From Nageia nagi (taxonomy: Eukaryota > Plantae > Pinophyta), in NCBI GenBank assembly GCA_050084985.1, contig JBITNC010000001.1, forward strand, positions 188,480,001 to 188,544,000: a DNA stretch of 64,000 bases, read 5' to 3'. The notes beneath the pieces were generated by a model. The model was not told the origin of the DNA. It made no database searches and was given only the letters and a program-made list of their open reading frames with translations. This document shows, in pieces, positions 40,815 to 55,689 of the stretch (its first letter is position 1; every line of letters starts with the position of its first letter). Position numbers and translations under genes: made by a program.

Positions 40815-41647
40815 TGTAAGATACCAAACTAGTAAACCAGAATTTATTCCGGTAAAAATCAGATTTACTCAAATTTATTGCCCTAGTTTCAGATCTGAAA
40901 TTATGACTGAAAATTACAACAGAAAATTACTCAAATTGGAGATCAAGATCAGCCACAGAAACACCAATTTATATTTATTAAAAAATTAGTAATAAATCTC
41001 TAAATCACTTGTACTACAAGAAAAATGCTCCAAAATGCACAAAGAAAATGCCTAGGGCTGGATGCAAGGCATGAGAGGCCAAATCTGGTCTGAAAATGCA
41101 CAAAATAGGTCTTCAAAATTGGGCGATTGGATCCTTGGCAGGCTGAAAACTCTGAAATATGAAAATTCCCTCTCAAGGTTGAGCGCTTCGCAATAGGGTC
41201 TCAAAACCCTAGATCTGAATGCAAAAGTCTCCAATCCTTAATCTAATACGCTCAATTGTGAACCTTGGATGGATCCACCAATGGAGATCACAAGGGTTTA
41301 GTCTTTAAGTCTCAACACCAAGAGGCTGTTCGTTCTATAGGGTTCCACTCATGCAGGGTTTCGCCCACAAAAGGAATAGAACTTGCTGTCCCAACAATAT
41401 TCTCCAAAAGATGTTAAAGTAAAATGATCAAAACGCCCCTATAAATGAAGTGCTCTTTCCCTTTTATAATTTGGCATTCACTTAAACTCCTTCCTAATCC
41501 TTCATTAAGACAGTTTATTATAAAATAATATGACTACCACTTAATTCACATAAAATATTATTAACTCTCACAAAAAGGGAGCATCCCTATTAGACATGTG
41601 CTATGAACTAATATCAAAAAGGGGACGTCTATATTGGGGACATTGCA
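40815..41647 (-). mobile_element. Solo LTR in RPS15a intron 2
   Basis: TGTAAGATACC...GGGGACATTGCA; TSD TTATA (40810-40814, 41648-41652). Confidence 0.85.
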
Positions 41648-41652
41648 TTATA

Positions 41653-43100
41653 GAACCCCTATAACAAAACATTGTGGAAACTAATCAAGATTCCTCAAAG
41701 GAAATACAATGGAGACGGTTGCCTTATTAGAAGATTGAATAAATAATAGATTTCAGTTTGATAGAGCGAAGGTTTGATTATCTTATAATAGAACTCTTCA
41801 ATCATATATCATATTTGCTTGAGGAGCTTAAGATAATTAAGAAAAACAATGAAGAGTATCATAGAAGAATACTTGGTTAAACCCATTAGAGCCCCAAGAT
41901 CAAGAATTGTGAAATTAACATGGAAGTGCCTACTATGGTTATTGTAACAACATTTAGCCAAATGCTTAAAGACAATAGTGAAATAGAAATAGAAGTTCAT
42001 GATCAAAGATCGCCAATAGAGTTAGGGCATCTTGCCAATAAGATTGAAGCCATTATTGACTCTCAAATAGCTGTAGGGGAGGAAAGAACTCTCGAGGAAG
42101 ATGAACATATACGAGCACATGGGAAGAGAAAAGGAAAAATGGTTTATGTCACAAGTGTAAAGGGAAGCTCTATAAAGGGTATGCATGTGAAGAAAATAAA
42201 CTCTTTAACATCATGGTGAGAAAGGGAAAGAGAAAGAAACATGTATTGGGGTAGATGATCTAAGACGTAAAAGAACATGAGACTGAACACGTGGCAATCT
42301 CTATATTTGCTGTAATAGGTATGACTTATCATCAAATAATTAATATTGGAGGTTTTGTTCAAAATCAAATAGTTATGCTGTTGATTGATTATAGTATACC
42401 AATTTGTTAGTAAAGAGGTGGCTAAAAAGGATAGGATTATATGTACAAGGAAAAAATAGCTAATTGAGGAAGTTATTGTGTGAGGAAAGTTTTGAATGGG
42501 AGATTCACTATGAAAGATTACACCTGGTTGGAGTCAGTGTATGCCATGGATTTGGGAGGAGCTGATATAGTGGTAGGATCTCAGTTGGCCTAACATGGAG
42601 TTGACACAATGAACTTATAATGGCAAATATTTGCAAAGGACAAAAAATGTTAAGCACTATAGGCTCTAAGGAGTGCAATCCCCTCCCTCTAAAATGGTAA
42701 GCTCTCATCAAATGTAAAAGATGATCAAAACGGGAGGTAGAGGATTCATTGCACAAATTTTCTCCTTGGAAATCAAGGAAGAAATGCAAAATATCAACCT
42801 TGGGATGGGATTGTTGATTGATAAACATGAAAAGGTATTTCTAGAACCTAAGGGATTACCTCCTACCAGTTCTGATGACCAGGCCATAAGTTTAATTCCT
42901 AGAAACCAACTAGCATTTCAATTTGAGATTTCACCCACTAACAAAATCCACCGAGTCTTTCCATGTGTATTGTCTTAAACTAACGTGAAGTTCCAGGAGG
43001 AGTTTTGAGAATTAGACGAGTAAGGAATAGTAGTGTTGGAACTATTTCCAAGATAGTGGTTAGACAATAGAATTATTATTATAAAAGCTATTTAAAGGCA
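41653..43100 (+). pseudogene. Highly deleted Gypsy remnant in intron 2
   Basis: EPKGLPP..DQAISLIP (RT start) fused to KIHRVF (integrase C-terminus). Confidence 0.65.
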
Positions 43101-43143
43101 TTGCATTGTAATGCAAATCAGATGGAAATATTTTCTGCATTAG

Positions 43144-43155
43144 TGGTATCAGAGC
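43144..43155 (+). promoter_or_regulatory. tRNA-iMet PBS of another decayed LTR element
   Basis: TGGTATCAGAGC; associated LTRs not resolved. Confidence 0.55.
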
Positions 43156-46100
43156 TCTCCAATCCTCCTTTGGGTTTGGGTAATACTTTCTCATTTCGTT
43201 CTCCATTTTGGATCATTGTTCAGGTTTACCCAACAAGAGGAACTTGGCATTTATAGCATGGTCTAGGGTATCATAAAATTTGTGCCAGTTTGCACAAATT
43301 TTGTTTGATAAGGTGCCCCTGAATTGTGGTTTGAAAAAGAGATTATGTTGATCTCTTTCTTCACGATTTTGTGGATGATTTCTTGTTGACCAGCTCCAAA
43401 ATGATTGAGTTGATATGCATGTCATACTTGAGATCCTCTATTAGATTCATCATCAAAAGCTATTTTCTATTATTTCCATAGTGACAATATATTCTGTTTA
43501 GGCTGATGGACAACATGTCTTGCTGGGTTGTGAAAATTATGCCTTGCTTATTGTGTGGCATTCTTCTCACTTAGTGTGCTCCAAACACAACATTGCCACT
43601 TTTGAGTTTCATGGTGTCGGCCAAAGTCTTCTGATTGTGCATTCTACCAACCAAGCCTACTTGACTGTTCACATGTTGAATTGTGCTTACCATGATTTGG
43701 CCTCTCCTGTAGATGTATTCATTGGATTTTCTTTCACACGACATGTGAATGAGCTAGTGCTTTCTAGGCATATCCGTTGACTTGCCAATCATTGTATATT
43801 GGTCACAAGCTTAAAGATCATTTTGATTGAGTGATGCAATTTGTAACCCTTATAAACTTGGCCATATTACTCATCATGTGGCGAGACTTTATCATCCATT
43901 GTCTTAATCTTGTGGTTTTTTCGACGATTGGAGTTATAATCTTCCCCTTTGGTTAACCGTTTGATTTTTGGGACTATAACAACTTTAACCATTACCAAGT
44001 TATTTGAGGGGACATTACATTTTGCCGGCAGTATAAGCAGTTATTTTGGTGAAGTTTCATCACATCGAGCTTTGAATCATCTATTTTTTCCCCTTGGTGG
44101 TCTTGAAGGCAAAATTTGGGACTCTATACTAGCTTATTTTTTGCACTGTTAGAGACATCCGGAAACTAACTTGGCTTTCTATATTACAATTTCCACTTTT
44201 TCCCTCATCATCTTCTGTCTTATTGTTGGAGCTGACTCCAGTACGTTGGCACTACAAACTTGACAGATGGCCGTTGCTAACCTTGCTGAGCAAATGCAGG
44301 AATTGGTCAAGAGGATGGTGATTTTGACTGACAAGGTCAATGACATAGCGGTTTCAAAACCATCAATTTGTCACACAGTGTGAAGTTCCCATCTATGAAT
44401 ATGGAGATGTGGATCGAATTCAATCAAACCCTGATTGTCGATTAAGTGGCCTTTGCTAAGTTGAGTTACAGAAGTTGCCAAAATGATGGTCATTACTCAA
44501 CATGAAAATGTTGAGTATCATGATACTCAAAACACAAATCTCAACTTGGTTAGAACTTAATGCTTTTGGAATCATGTTTTATCCTTCTAATTATTTGCAG
44601 GATTTTAGCTTTCAACAAGGCTTTCACCAAATATTTTAGGACTACTTCAAATCAATAACGTGTGCATTCTATTAACTAAAAAGGACATCAAAGACGATCT
44701 AGCCTTCAAAGCAATATGCCATGTAGTGGAGTATTTGTGCTGGGAATCAAAGCACACAGAAGCGGCAACCTTGAAGGTTGCATATAACAATGCTCAGTTT
44801 TGCTGAAGAGAAGTATCTTTCTAGGAGCAAGGCTTCAGTGGAGCAGCTGTACTAGGAATCAAAGTAAAATACGTGGAATCGACAAATTTGGAGGTTGCAT
44901 ATAATCATGTTCAGTTGGCTGAAGAGAAGCATCTTATAGCAAGGCGTTGCTGTGTACATCCACTTCGAGTTCATGATTGATTACATTAAAGCCTTCTCAA
45001 GCAATCTTCTTCTCCCTCTTCTACTTCAAAGAAATCCAACAAACTTTGCTGTTATTGTAAGAAAGTTTTGAGTATTTTAAATTAAAGAAGAAAACTGAAT
45101 AATTGATTGCATTGATGATTAATGTTTCATCCTCCATATTAATTTACCTACCTTAGCGGAGTAGTATTTTCTCCATGTTTGTAATAATCCCACGTCAGTT
45201 CTTTGTTTGCGGAAGTGGTATATTAAGTCATAGTTAGTTTGAGTTGTCATTTTATCATAATTCTCCTAGAAGTGAAAAATTTGATATGAAAACTAAAGAA
45301 ATAACTTTGTTATCGTGGATAGCAAAGCCACATGATTTGAAATCGGTTTGTCAAAGCAGTTAACTCCAATTTATTGCTAGACCAGTGACAAGTGGATGAA
45401 ACCTTCATTCCTTTAACATGATATAACAAACATTTAATCTTCGAAATATTGAACCTTTGAATTTTAAATGCCAAAATAATGTACTGGAGTAAACAAATAT
45501 CTTCATTGAAGTTGCTCTTTAGCTTGCCTCAGACCCAAGTGAGCAAAATCAAAGTTGCTTGATATTATGCATATGAACTGGTAGAAGATAATGCTGCTCA
45601 ATATCGGTCTTCCCTCTTTCTGTATGAACATTCAACATAGTGCCCAGAATTCGAGATCTGAATCAAAGTACTTTAATGAAATGACAGTATAATAATTTGC
45701 CTGGCCATATTTCAGGTTCGCATTTAGGTTCATACAAGCTAACTCAGTTTTGAATATAATTACACAGAAAGAGAGAAGAAAGCAACATAAATGTGTGTTA
45801 CAAAAGCACTATTAAAAAAGGGTTATATATACATCCCAAGATCTAAAAGTCCTATGGCACTCTGAATGCTAAGATTGTGTAACCTACCAAAAGTCTAAAA
45901 ATACAATGTGTAAATAAAACATCTGCTGTTGAGTTTGCTTTAACTCTGGATTTCCCTGATGATGGACCTAGAAGAGGGATTCAAAATGTACGAATAAGAA
46001 AATATTATGGCATGCAGCGTATCACTATAGATATTTTCGTTCAGGTGCGTACATTCGTAGTCTAAAGCAGTTGTAACACAACACATCAAAAATTTCTAAA

Positions 46101-46570
46101 TATGAATCCTCTGAATCAAGATTGAGTGTGTAGAGTTCCAAGGATATAGCAGATGTTCATTGTCTGGTCAAGAATGAAACGCAGTCAATAAAATTCTACT
46201 CCATCTGTGTAATCTTTTTTAGCAATGACTTTTATGTAAGTGTATGCTTGCACTGTGGTTTGCCCAAAAATAGGATTTTGTTGGAGTTAATTTCAAACCC
46301 TTATTAAGGCTTGTCAAGGTTTCATTTGGAGTTGGCTTTTGAAAATTGCATGACCGTATTGTCAAACCCTTATTGTTGTTGCTGTTGTTATTTTTGTTGT
46401 AATACCAGCTGATTTACAACAGTTTCTAATATTAAAGTGAGTGTGTCCTGCTGAAAATACCATCATGAGTTTAGTTTCAAACATTTGATTGGAATGTTAA
46501 CCTAAAACTGTGAGATTTGCATTTGATAACATTCCATTATTCTAATGTTGACCCATTATGTGCTCTGTAG

Positions 46571-46669
46571 TGGGGTTATGTTGTAATTACAACATCCAAA
46601 GGCATCATGGACCATGAAGAGGCTCTGAGACAGAATGCTGGCGGAAAGGTTTTGGGATTTTTCCACTAA
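46571..46669 (+). CDS. RPS15A: Type II RPS15a, exon 3 (129-aa protein in total)
   Basis: TGTAG acceptor; [32 protein letters not shown]. Confidence 0.97.
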   Translation, partial: WGYVVITTSKGIMDHEEALRQNAGGKVLGFFH

Positions 46670-49552
46670 TGTAGAATTTAAAATGGGTATATGGCGCAGA
46701 CTTGGTGTTGAACTATAGCCTTTTGATGAAGAACAAGGTGAAAGAGTGGGTTTCTGGTTTATTTGAGTTGTTAGGGGTCCTGTAATTGGTTGGCAATTTT
46801 TGCATCGTTCCTCATTTTACTGTGGTTTACATGGGGGAGCCTCTACTTGTCTTACTTTTGAAAAGGCATAATCATCTTCTCTTATATCCTTTTTGTTATT
46901 TATGCAATGTCTTTCTGTCCCATGCTTGTGTAACTCGTCATTATTTGGATTAGTATGGAAACATATGAAGGTTTGCATTCATATATTTTTGGATCTTAAC
47001 TATTTGTTACCAGCTAATTCTTAATGAGGTTTGATTTATAATTGGTATTCTTTTTCCCTTAAAACATATTTGGGTTAACTTTGCTTTGGTATTATTTTTC
47101 TCTTGCAACGTTTTTGAATTTTTTTACTTTGGGTTGATTTTGTAGTTGGTATTCTGTTTCTCTTATTAGATATATGGTTTCAGTTGGTTCTTCGTTTCTT
47201 AAGTTTTGTTTGACAATGCATTACCAATTCATCATTACCTTATTTTGAAGTCTGATTTGATTTCGTTTCTTTCTTTCAATTAATTCTTCAATTTTATGTA
47301 TATTTTAAATATTCTTCTATTTGTGCAACATGTTTTGCAACTTCTTTGATGATGCATTATTCTTTTGAATCAAAAAAATGATTAATTTAAAAAATGTAAC
47401 AAGTAAGAACCACAAGCTATTGCAAGATGAACATCTTCATCTATTCCTTGAGAAAACAAATTGATCATAGGTTGCTAGATTCAATCAAGATGTGCTTTTG
47501 CACCTTTTTCTTTCATATATGTGAATTTGTAAACTCCAAAGTAAAAAAAAACTTATTCCTTTGAAATACAAATTTATTGAAATAAAAACAAATAATGAAG
47601 AATGTCTTATCTTGTGATGAACCCTTATTTACTATAATATTATGTACAAAGTTGAATAATAATTAAATTCATTTTGTGGAAGATACAAATAAAAAGCAAG
47701 CTAGTATTGAGGTTCCTCTTATGATGTTTTTTTTCCTCTTTGAGGGCATTTATGATTCCAATGGTGATGGCTACAACAACATCAAGTTGGAAGAGTTGGA
47801 TTCTTGCACCAGATCTGAGAGGATTGTAGACAAGTGGCATCCCAATCTTTATGCCTAAGAAATAGTGGAAATTATTTTTGGAAAAGATTTCTTTGTTGTT
47901 CCAACTTGTCATAAACCTTTTTGTGATGGTGTTGTAGTTTATAGCACGAAGGACTTGGATTCCCTAGCATGGGTTCTTTTTCTTGGTCCACGGTTCGACA
48001 ATAGTTATGTCAAGTTAGTTGTTTGCAGTTGTAGAGTTTCAATAGTGTTTATTCTTTTCCGAAAAACATAGGTGGACATAGTTGTGAGGGAACTTGACCT
48101 CCTTTCTCATCTTAATCCATTTTGGAAGGAAGTTGTGAAGATGCCAAAATCGATGCTAAAAGTATATAATGTTTTCAAAAATATGCAATATGTGGGAATG
48201 AGAGACTACATATGCTTGGGAAAAGGTGTTAGTGTTTGACGTGTTTATATACAATCTATGTCTAAACAAGTGGAATTGGTTTCCACCTTGCCTCTTAAAT
48301 AACTTACATGAGGGTAAACATGTGATCATGCTCAAGAATAAATAGCTTGTTTTGCCAATGTTGTAGGTGCTATTTAAATTTGAAGGATTTAAATCTATAT
48401 TTATATGTTGCTCCTCTCAAATTTAAATCTTCTCTTTTTAAGATGGAAGAGGGAACATAGCATAATCGAAACAATCTTGATGATTTTATTATACAAGTTA
48501 ATTATATGAGAAATAATCATTCAAATACTTAATTGATATATATTTACTTCTTGACAAACTTTGCTAGGTCCTACAAATCAAGTTGTTTATAAGAACATTA
48601 AAAGTCTTATCTATCTATATTGTAAATGAACAAAATTATGTGTCATATTAACTTATTGACTCTTAAATAGTGGTGGTGTGATAGCGTCTAGTCATTGAAG
48701 AACTTTGAAAGTAGTGGAGGCTTTTTAACTTACAAACATTTTATGATCGTTTCATGTCATTTCAAGTGTGTTCTTTGTATTTGAACCTCTCTCTCTCTCT
48801 CAATTTAAAAAAATGGCGGTTGTAACAATGTTTAGTCATTGAAGCTTGGCCATTCATTAGGAAGGCCACTAATGTACTAAGTGCTTCTTGTTAGAATTCT
48901 ACTCTTATTGTTTTTCTTTGGAATTCTCCTATTAACAATAATTATAGCTTGATCCAACTATTCTTAAATTTAGATAATCAAAATAAGGTTGGTGATTTTA
49001 TTATACATCTTAAATCCTTTAGAAATAGCAATTTAAATACATAATTGTATATCTATATATATGGATAAACATTGATAGTTTCTACAAATCAATGGGTTTA
49101 AAAGGACATTAAAAGGCTTATCATGATAAAAGGCTTCATGTATTATGCTTGTCCTCAATCCTTTAGGTGTGAAAATGTACTTCATTTAATCATTATCTAC
49201 TTCTTTGCATTTGTAGGTTTGGGTACTAACACAAATATCATCGTCTCTCTATTGATGATTGCGAATTTATTTGTTTGCTCTTGATTAAAAGGAATCATAT
49301 GAAGATCCACATGTCCTACCTATCTTGGATCTTTCACATTTGCATGATTACAGACTAGCACAAACATGTGTGTCCTATTCGTTGTAGATGCCAACTCATC
49401 ATTCGCATCTTACTCCCTTGCTTTAATAATGTGAAAATTGCCTTTATCACTTTTGCTTCCTTTTTTACTCCCATGGATAAAAATACCCATACAAACATAT
49501 CCTACCTTGATCTTACAACTCCAAACTATAATACTTGTCCTAAATGATAAGG

Positions 49553-50755
49553 TGCGATGAAATATTCCAAATAATTCTTCGAGTAGAAATTACGCAAATA
49601 ATCACAAATAAATGCCAAATAAAATATATAATAATCCAATGTTCCTGCTACAACCTCAAACGTCACACTTAGGGCATCCAATTCTCATTCATTCACACTC
49701 ACAAACATGATGTCAGCTCCTCGAGGCAAGATAAATGCAAATAAACATCAAAATGAGACAAGTATGTGGAGATCAATGTGCCAATGATTGAATTAAGTAA
49801 TGAAGAGCAAATACAAGGCTTAATTTGCCCAAAGGGCTCAACGTTGGCCTCCAAGGAGCCAACTAGGGCACACATGTATGCAAATATGATCAATGATGGA
49901 CAATATTGCTATTGGGACTCAATTCCTAGATCTGTAGTGGAAGACAATGATTGGGACATCCACACTCCCTCAAGCTTGGATGATATACTATAGAACTCAC
50001 ATGCCAAGAAACCATAGAATAAAACAAACTCCGTTTAAACACATATTTTTAAGGGCCTCAAATTTAGCTGTATTTTAAAAATACTTACCTTCTATAGTAT
50101 TTTTCACATATTTTTCCCATTTTTTCTTGTATTTTTTGCCCTTTTTTACAATTTTTTTCATATTTGCCCTTGGGAAGAATTTTAAAAAAATCATATTTTT
50201 ATTATATGTTGGAAACCATTGAAGGTAGAAGTGCAATCTCAAAATACCATTGGTTGGATTAAGATGCTACATGTTAGTCGTAGATTGCTTGATATTGTGG
50301 CAAGGCTTTAGTAACTTATGAAAAGAAGAAGAGATGATCCAAAATGGACATATCCATGCAATGATGCTCCAACACCTAATATAACTCAAATTTGGATGTA
50401 GAACTTCACCTCAAAGTCATCAATGCCTTTCTAATCCAACATTAGCCTCCTAGAGGCCTTCAAATACCATAAATGCTCCTGCATGGGGTTTAAAGCCTTC
50501 CTAATGTGTGATGATGTATTCCAAATATGCTATTATGTCTCCTAAACCCCACATTGGGGTCCATACAAAGCCTTGAGATTCCCACAATCAATTCTTGGGA
50601 TCTCCAAGTACTTAAAATAACATTAAAATATGTTAGCCTATACTTAGGAGGAAAACATCCCTATTGGGGCTTACAGTGGGATCCAATGGACCATTATAAT
50701 TTCTATCTCAAGTAACTAAAGATGCAAATAAATAAATAATAAAAATTATTTACAA
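49553..50755 (-). mobile_element. LTR fragment related to 29907-31173 (ends approximate)
   Basis: Shares GAGCCAACTAGGGCAC and TGGGATCCA..GACC..TCYYAAGT.AC blocks in the same order. Confidence 0.55.
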
Positions 50756-52529
50756 TAAAGGAATCTTTAGATTCCAACATTATTCAATTGTGCTCAAAAG
50801 AAAATGTTACTTGCGACTCCTATCAAAGGACCTACGAAAAAGAAGTCCAATCTTACCTATATCATTGTTTATGTTCATCATCCACAAGCATTTTATAGAA
50901 AATAATTAGTTATTAATATTGCAATTTCTGATTTTTTAAATTTTTGTTTTTATCTACAAAATATTAGAATGGATCTCTACTAAAGGATGTCATAAACATG
51001 GGTGTGATGCATGTTCTATTCTTCTAATAATTTCACTCAATTTGTCAAAATTCAAGCCTATTATCGTAACTTTAGTGGTGTTATGTCTATTTGGTCAACT
51101 CTATAATGCTAGTGCTGCTTAGGATATTTTGGAAGGGGGTGTGAAGTGAAATTAGTAAATATTTATAGAAAACTAAAGGTGAGTACAAATTTGAGTAATA
51201 GATGATACAATGTGATAACTTATCTATGGATACATCATTGTAGGGGTGGATTTTGTACAATATGATTGTTATCACCTTGTGTTTATTCTCTTAAATTATT
51301 GGCATGGTTTGAAATAGTGTTTTGAACCCAAGAACTCTTGAGTGATGAGTTTCAACACAAGTTTACTTCATTCTACATTGAAAAGTAAGTTAATTGGGAT
51401 AAATGGTTGATAATTGAATGTTTATTTATGCATAATGAAGTAGGCTTTAAAATAAAAGAAGGGTTTCTCCTATGTAAGGTCCTAATAAACCAAGAAAGGA
51501 AAATTCAAAAAAGGCAAGTTTTGCATATGATCACACTTATGCATAAATTCTAGTAGAAAATATCAAAAGATGGATAATAAGAAGGGATCGATGGTTGTAT
51601 AACATCCAAAGTAAAATAATAAAAAGAAATCTTATGGAAATCTAAACAACAATGAATTAATAAGTTGTTCATATCTTCTATCCAAACGTAAAAAGAGCGT
51701 AAAAGATATGCTAAAAATAGTTGTTTTTCATTTGATTTTATGAAACATTTATGCATTAATACACTCAATCACGTCATGAAACATTCTTTTACACGCACCC
51801 TAACAAGATGATGCAAAGGAGTATAAAGTGAAACCCTTCATTTGCAAAAAAAAAAATGTATTATTAATCTTAAAAGAACTATGATAAAAAAAAAAGAAAA
51901 GTGCAAGGTCAATCAAAAACATACAATGAAACAAATATTTCAACTCAAATATTTGTTGAAAGCCACGCAACTATAAGATTAAAACATTAATTTCCTTCTA
52001 CCTTCAACACTATTCAATCACTTTAGGTTAGTGACACAAAAATTATAATATACAAAACATTACATCTAAATGTTACAAGAAAAATGTTTGTCAAAACTTG
52101 ACATGCACGAGGAAAAAACAACATAACATTTTTTATAACAAAATTTAAAATTTCACATAAAAATTATCTTCACAATGCTTATGGTTCAACTTCTCATGAT
52201 GGAGAGACCAAAATATTGACATTAATTAGTACTGAAATTAAAATGGATGTCTTAAAACATCAAAACAAAAAATATTTATGACATTTTCAACTTCAATCAT
52301 ATATATATATATATATATGCATGCTTCATGTTATACTTTCTACTGATTTCGATTATATGACCATATGCTAACAATGATCATAAAAATGTCCAACAATTTA
52401 CTTCATAAGAAATAAAAAAATTTCGTAATCTAACAAAAGTAAAACGAAAAAACAATGAGACAACAAAATGCATAAAATAGTGCAATTAGCTTTTAATCAT
52501 TCACAAGATCAGTTAAAATCCTAATTACC

Positions 52530-52899
52530 TGTCGTTAGTACTTGAGTGAACAAGAGGAACATTGATTAATTTAAATCCCTGATATTAAATTAATTATTCA
52601 ATGGTGTTCTTGTAGTGTCAAATCAAAATTGGTCAAGCTTCTGTCAGAAACAAAAGATTTCTACCCCCTAATATTTGATAGTTCTCATTTCTTCCCAAAC
52701 TGACTAATAATATGTCGTTAATACTTGAGTGAACAAAAGGAACATTGATTAATTTAAATCCCTGATATTAAATCAATTATTCAATGGTGTTCTTCTCTAG
52801 TGTCAAATCAAAATTGGTCAAGCTTCTGTAAGAAACAAAAGATTTCTACCCCCTAATATTTGATAGTTCTCATTTCTTCCCAAATTGACTAATAATATG
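52530..52899. repeat. Recent 183/185-bp tandem duplication downstream of the LSM2 stop
   Basis: Two near-identical units starting TGTCGTTARTACTTGAGTG at 52530 and 52713. Confidence 0.95.
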
Positions 52900-53120
52900 C
52901 CAAATCATCAATTGATAATATATTACTTCCTAGAAAGTTTCACATTTTCAAACCTATACAGCATATTGTAAAGAAATTACAGGAAGACAGCTTCAAAATC
53001 AGCCTTCCACAAAAGCATAATTTAAACATAAAATGGAAACAAAATAAAAATTTGTGAATATTTTTCATCTTTCACTAATGTATTAAATGCAATACATTAA
53101 GGAAAATTATCATATTCACT

Positions 53121-53240
53121 TCAACCTCCCCGGGCTTCCCTCCTTGTTGCATCATGCAAAATATCAACATCAACACCATCAGGAGGTAATTGAACATATC
53201 GGACAACTGAACCCCTAATAAAACAGTTCCTCACCGAAAG
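53121..53240 (-). CDS. LSM2: Sm-like protein LSM2, last coding exon (upstream exons not found in window)
   Basis: CAG acceptor then LSVRNCFIRGSVVRYVQLPPDGVDVDILHDATRREARGG*. Confidence 0.95.
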   Translation of the reverse strand, partial: LSVRNCFIRGSVVRYVQLPPDGVDVDILHDATRREARGG

Positions 53241-55689
53241 CTGAAATATCCAATGCAGAGATCAGAATCAGTGAATCTGCGTGCTAATATTTTAATCTTC
53301 CATAAAATTTATAAAAAAACATTTCATACAAATTCTAGTAGTACTAACAAAACAAACTGAGTAAAAAGATTTCTGACCTCAAAGGAAGTTAAAATTGCAG
53401 CAAAAATTAAGAACTCAATTTTTTTTTAAAGTTATTCCTAGTCTTGGCCATCAGATAAAGTTAACAGCAATAGAGGACCAGAAACAGGACTTCTGAAACA
53501 AAACAAAAAACATATAGCATTCTCTTCCACGAAAATCATGCTAAAAATATACATCCAAAATTGTAACACAATCTCTGGGACATGATATTTACATGATAAC
53601 ACTCAGAAGATCTGAATCTCTAACTGGAAATACATATACAACATTGTCCTAAAGATGATAACACTCTAAATTCTAAATATTATCTGTGAATACAGATGAA
53701 GTGACCTTTCATGTTGACTTGTAAAGTGCTAGATTCCAGCCATGCATTTTGTTTCATTTAGAATAAAACAGACATGCTCTGATGCTCATAATTGTTAAGG
53801 CAGATTTGATTTTTAAGCCATGCTCCAGATGTAGCTGCAAGGCTTAAAAAAACAAATAGATAGATATCTTTTAATATCGTTTTAAACCCATTGGTTTGTA
53901 AGACCTATCAAAAGTAAATATATATCAATTAAATATTTGAATGATTGTTTCTCATATAAAGAAAAGCATTGAACAGTGCACAAATACACAGATACCGCAA
54001 GAAAAACAAGAATACTCCAAAAAGACAATTCACCACGATCAGTCACACACACCAAATGAAAATAAATCATTAAAAACAAAATTTCAGATCCAGATCAAGT
54101 ACAATATGATGATGTTTGTTAAAACCTCCATACAATAACTTATCACCTCTTGCCAGGGGATTTGGGAGATCACTAAGGTGTGATGGCACCCACATTGGAT
54201 GTCTCAAGTTCTACTTGCAGCTTCTACATTGGTGATATTTAAAAACTCTTGATAGGTCCTACTAATCAATAGGTTTAAAAGATGTTAAATGTTGACTTTG
54301 CCTTTATTAGTGTTTCACAAAAAAAATGAAAAAAAAAAAATTAATAAGTATTAAAAATTAATAAAAATTGTCAAACAAGGACCATCCGCTGTCGGCCTGG
54401 CAGTAGCGAATCCTGCAGCAAGAATCCATTGTTGGCCTGGCAAGAACTTGTAAGTCAATTAAAAACCAGCAAAAAAAATCAAGCAACATCAAAAATGCAA
54501 GTAGTCATTTTGATCGACTTTGCAAGACTACTCATGAGTACTTGCCAAACTTGGAGCTTTTCTACTATGGCTATAAGCCTGTAACTATATTAGTAAAATC
54601 AAGGTTAAATTCCAAATACAATAGTAGATTGATGTTGATTAGAGGCAGTAATGAATTGAATATGAAAGCAGTGTGTTTATAATGAATGGTAATTAGATAA
54701 AATATCCAATGATAATATGAAGGGCAATGCATGGTAGCCGCACCCTCCCCATTCAATAATAGTAATTGGTTAATAGTCATTGAAAGTCTTCTCGCATATG
54801 ATCATGAAAGCATGATGGTATCACAGAATGATTAAATTTGCAATTATATTTTATTAATATGTTTTATGCTGATGATGTTCATAGAGTGATTCAGAAAGTT
54901 GATGTAATTATTTCTTGTACATAAGTTTTTTCTGGCAGAATTTATTTTATGTTCTAATATTAACCGTCATATTTCAGATTAGTCACAAACCAATTGAAAT
55001 ACATGCCACAGGCAACCAATGTTGATAAGGTCATTGAAAATTTATTTAACAATCATTTCTGAATCAGGTATACTTGTTTTCTATGGTTCAAATACATAAA
55101 ATCACTCTGATCATGTGTTATTTTGGTCCTCCACATCTCTCTATAAGTCAAGCCGAAGGATGTGTTTCTCTTCAAGTCAGGCCAAAGATTTTGAAGCCAA
55201 GGTTATAATAAAGAATGCTATCCCTACTCAGCAACATACAATGCAAAATATGAGGTCCACTTGAAAGACAGTCTCATCAAACAATCAAAACATATCATGT
55301 CTACACAAAAAGTCTCAGCAGCCCAAGAGATGAAGCTTGCATGGAGCTGTAGTAAGTCTTCACAAACAAAAAAAGCAAACGTCATTTTATAAGCATTTAA
55401 ATGTTTTATCAATGAAACATAAAATGCACACATGTTTAAAAAGAATCAAAATGCAGAAGGAATTGATCATGGCCCACAAATATGTTGTTTAAATTATATG
55501 TGCATGGAAATTTTATAACTTCAAGTGGATTTGTTTCCATAATGTCAATAATGAACATATAAAGAAAAATATTGATGTGGGCCAATGGTAGTTAATTGGA
55601 AGCTAAATGACTTACCACTTATATACAACTTAGAAAATTGGATGATTTTGAAGGAAATGCAGCATCATTTTCAACCCTCTCATTTGCTG

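Noticed and set aside
45300-46200. Possible second viral RdRp fragment (DQ..KW-like and GMQRI) in RPS15a intron 2
   Set aside because: Only two short motifs, one needing a frameshift, with wrong spacing; unsupported without a search.
47380-48400. Coding-like decayed segment downstream of RPS15a
   Set aside because: Probably a TE remnant, but no diagnostic motif was recognised.
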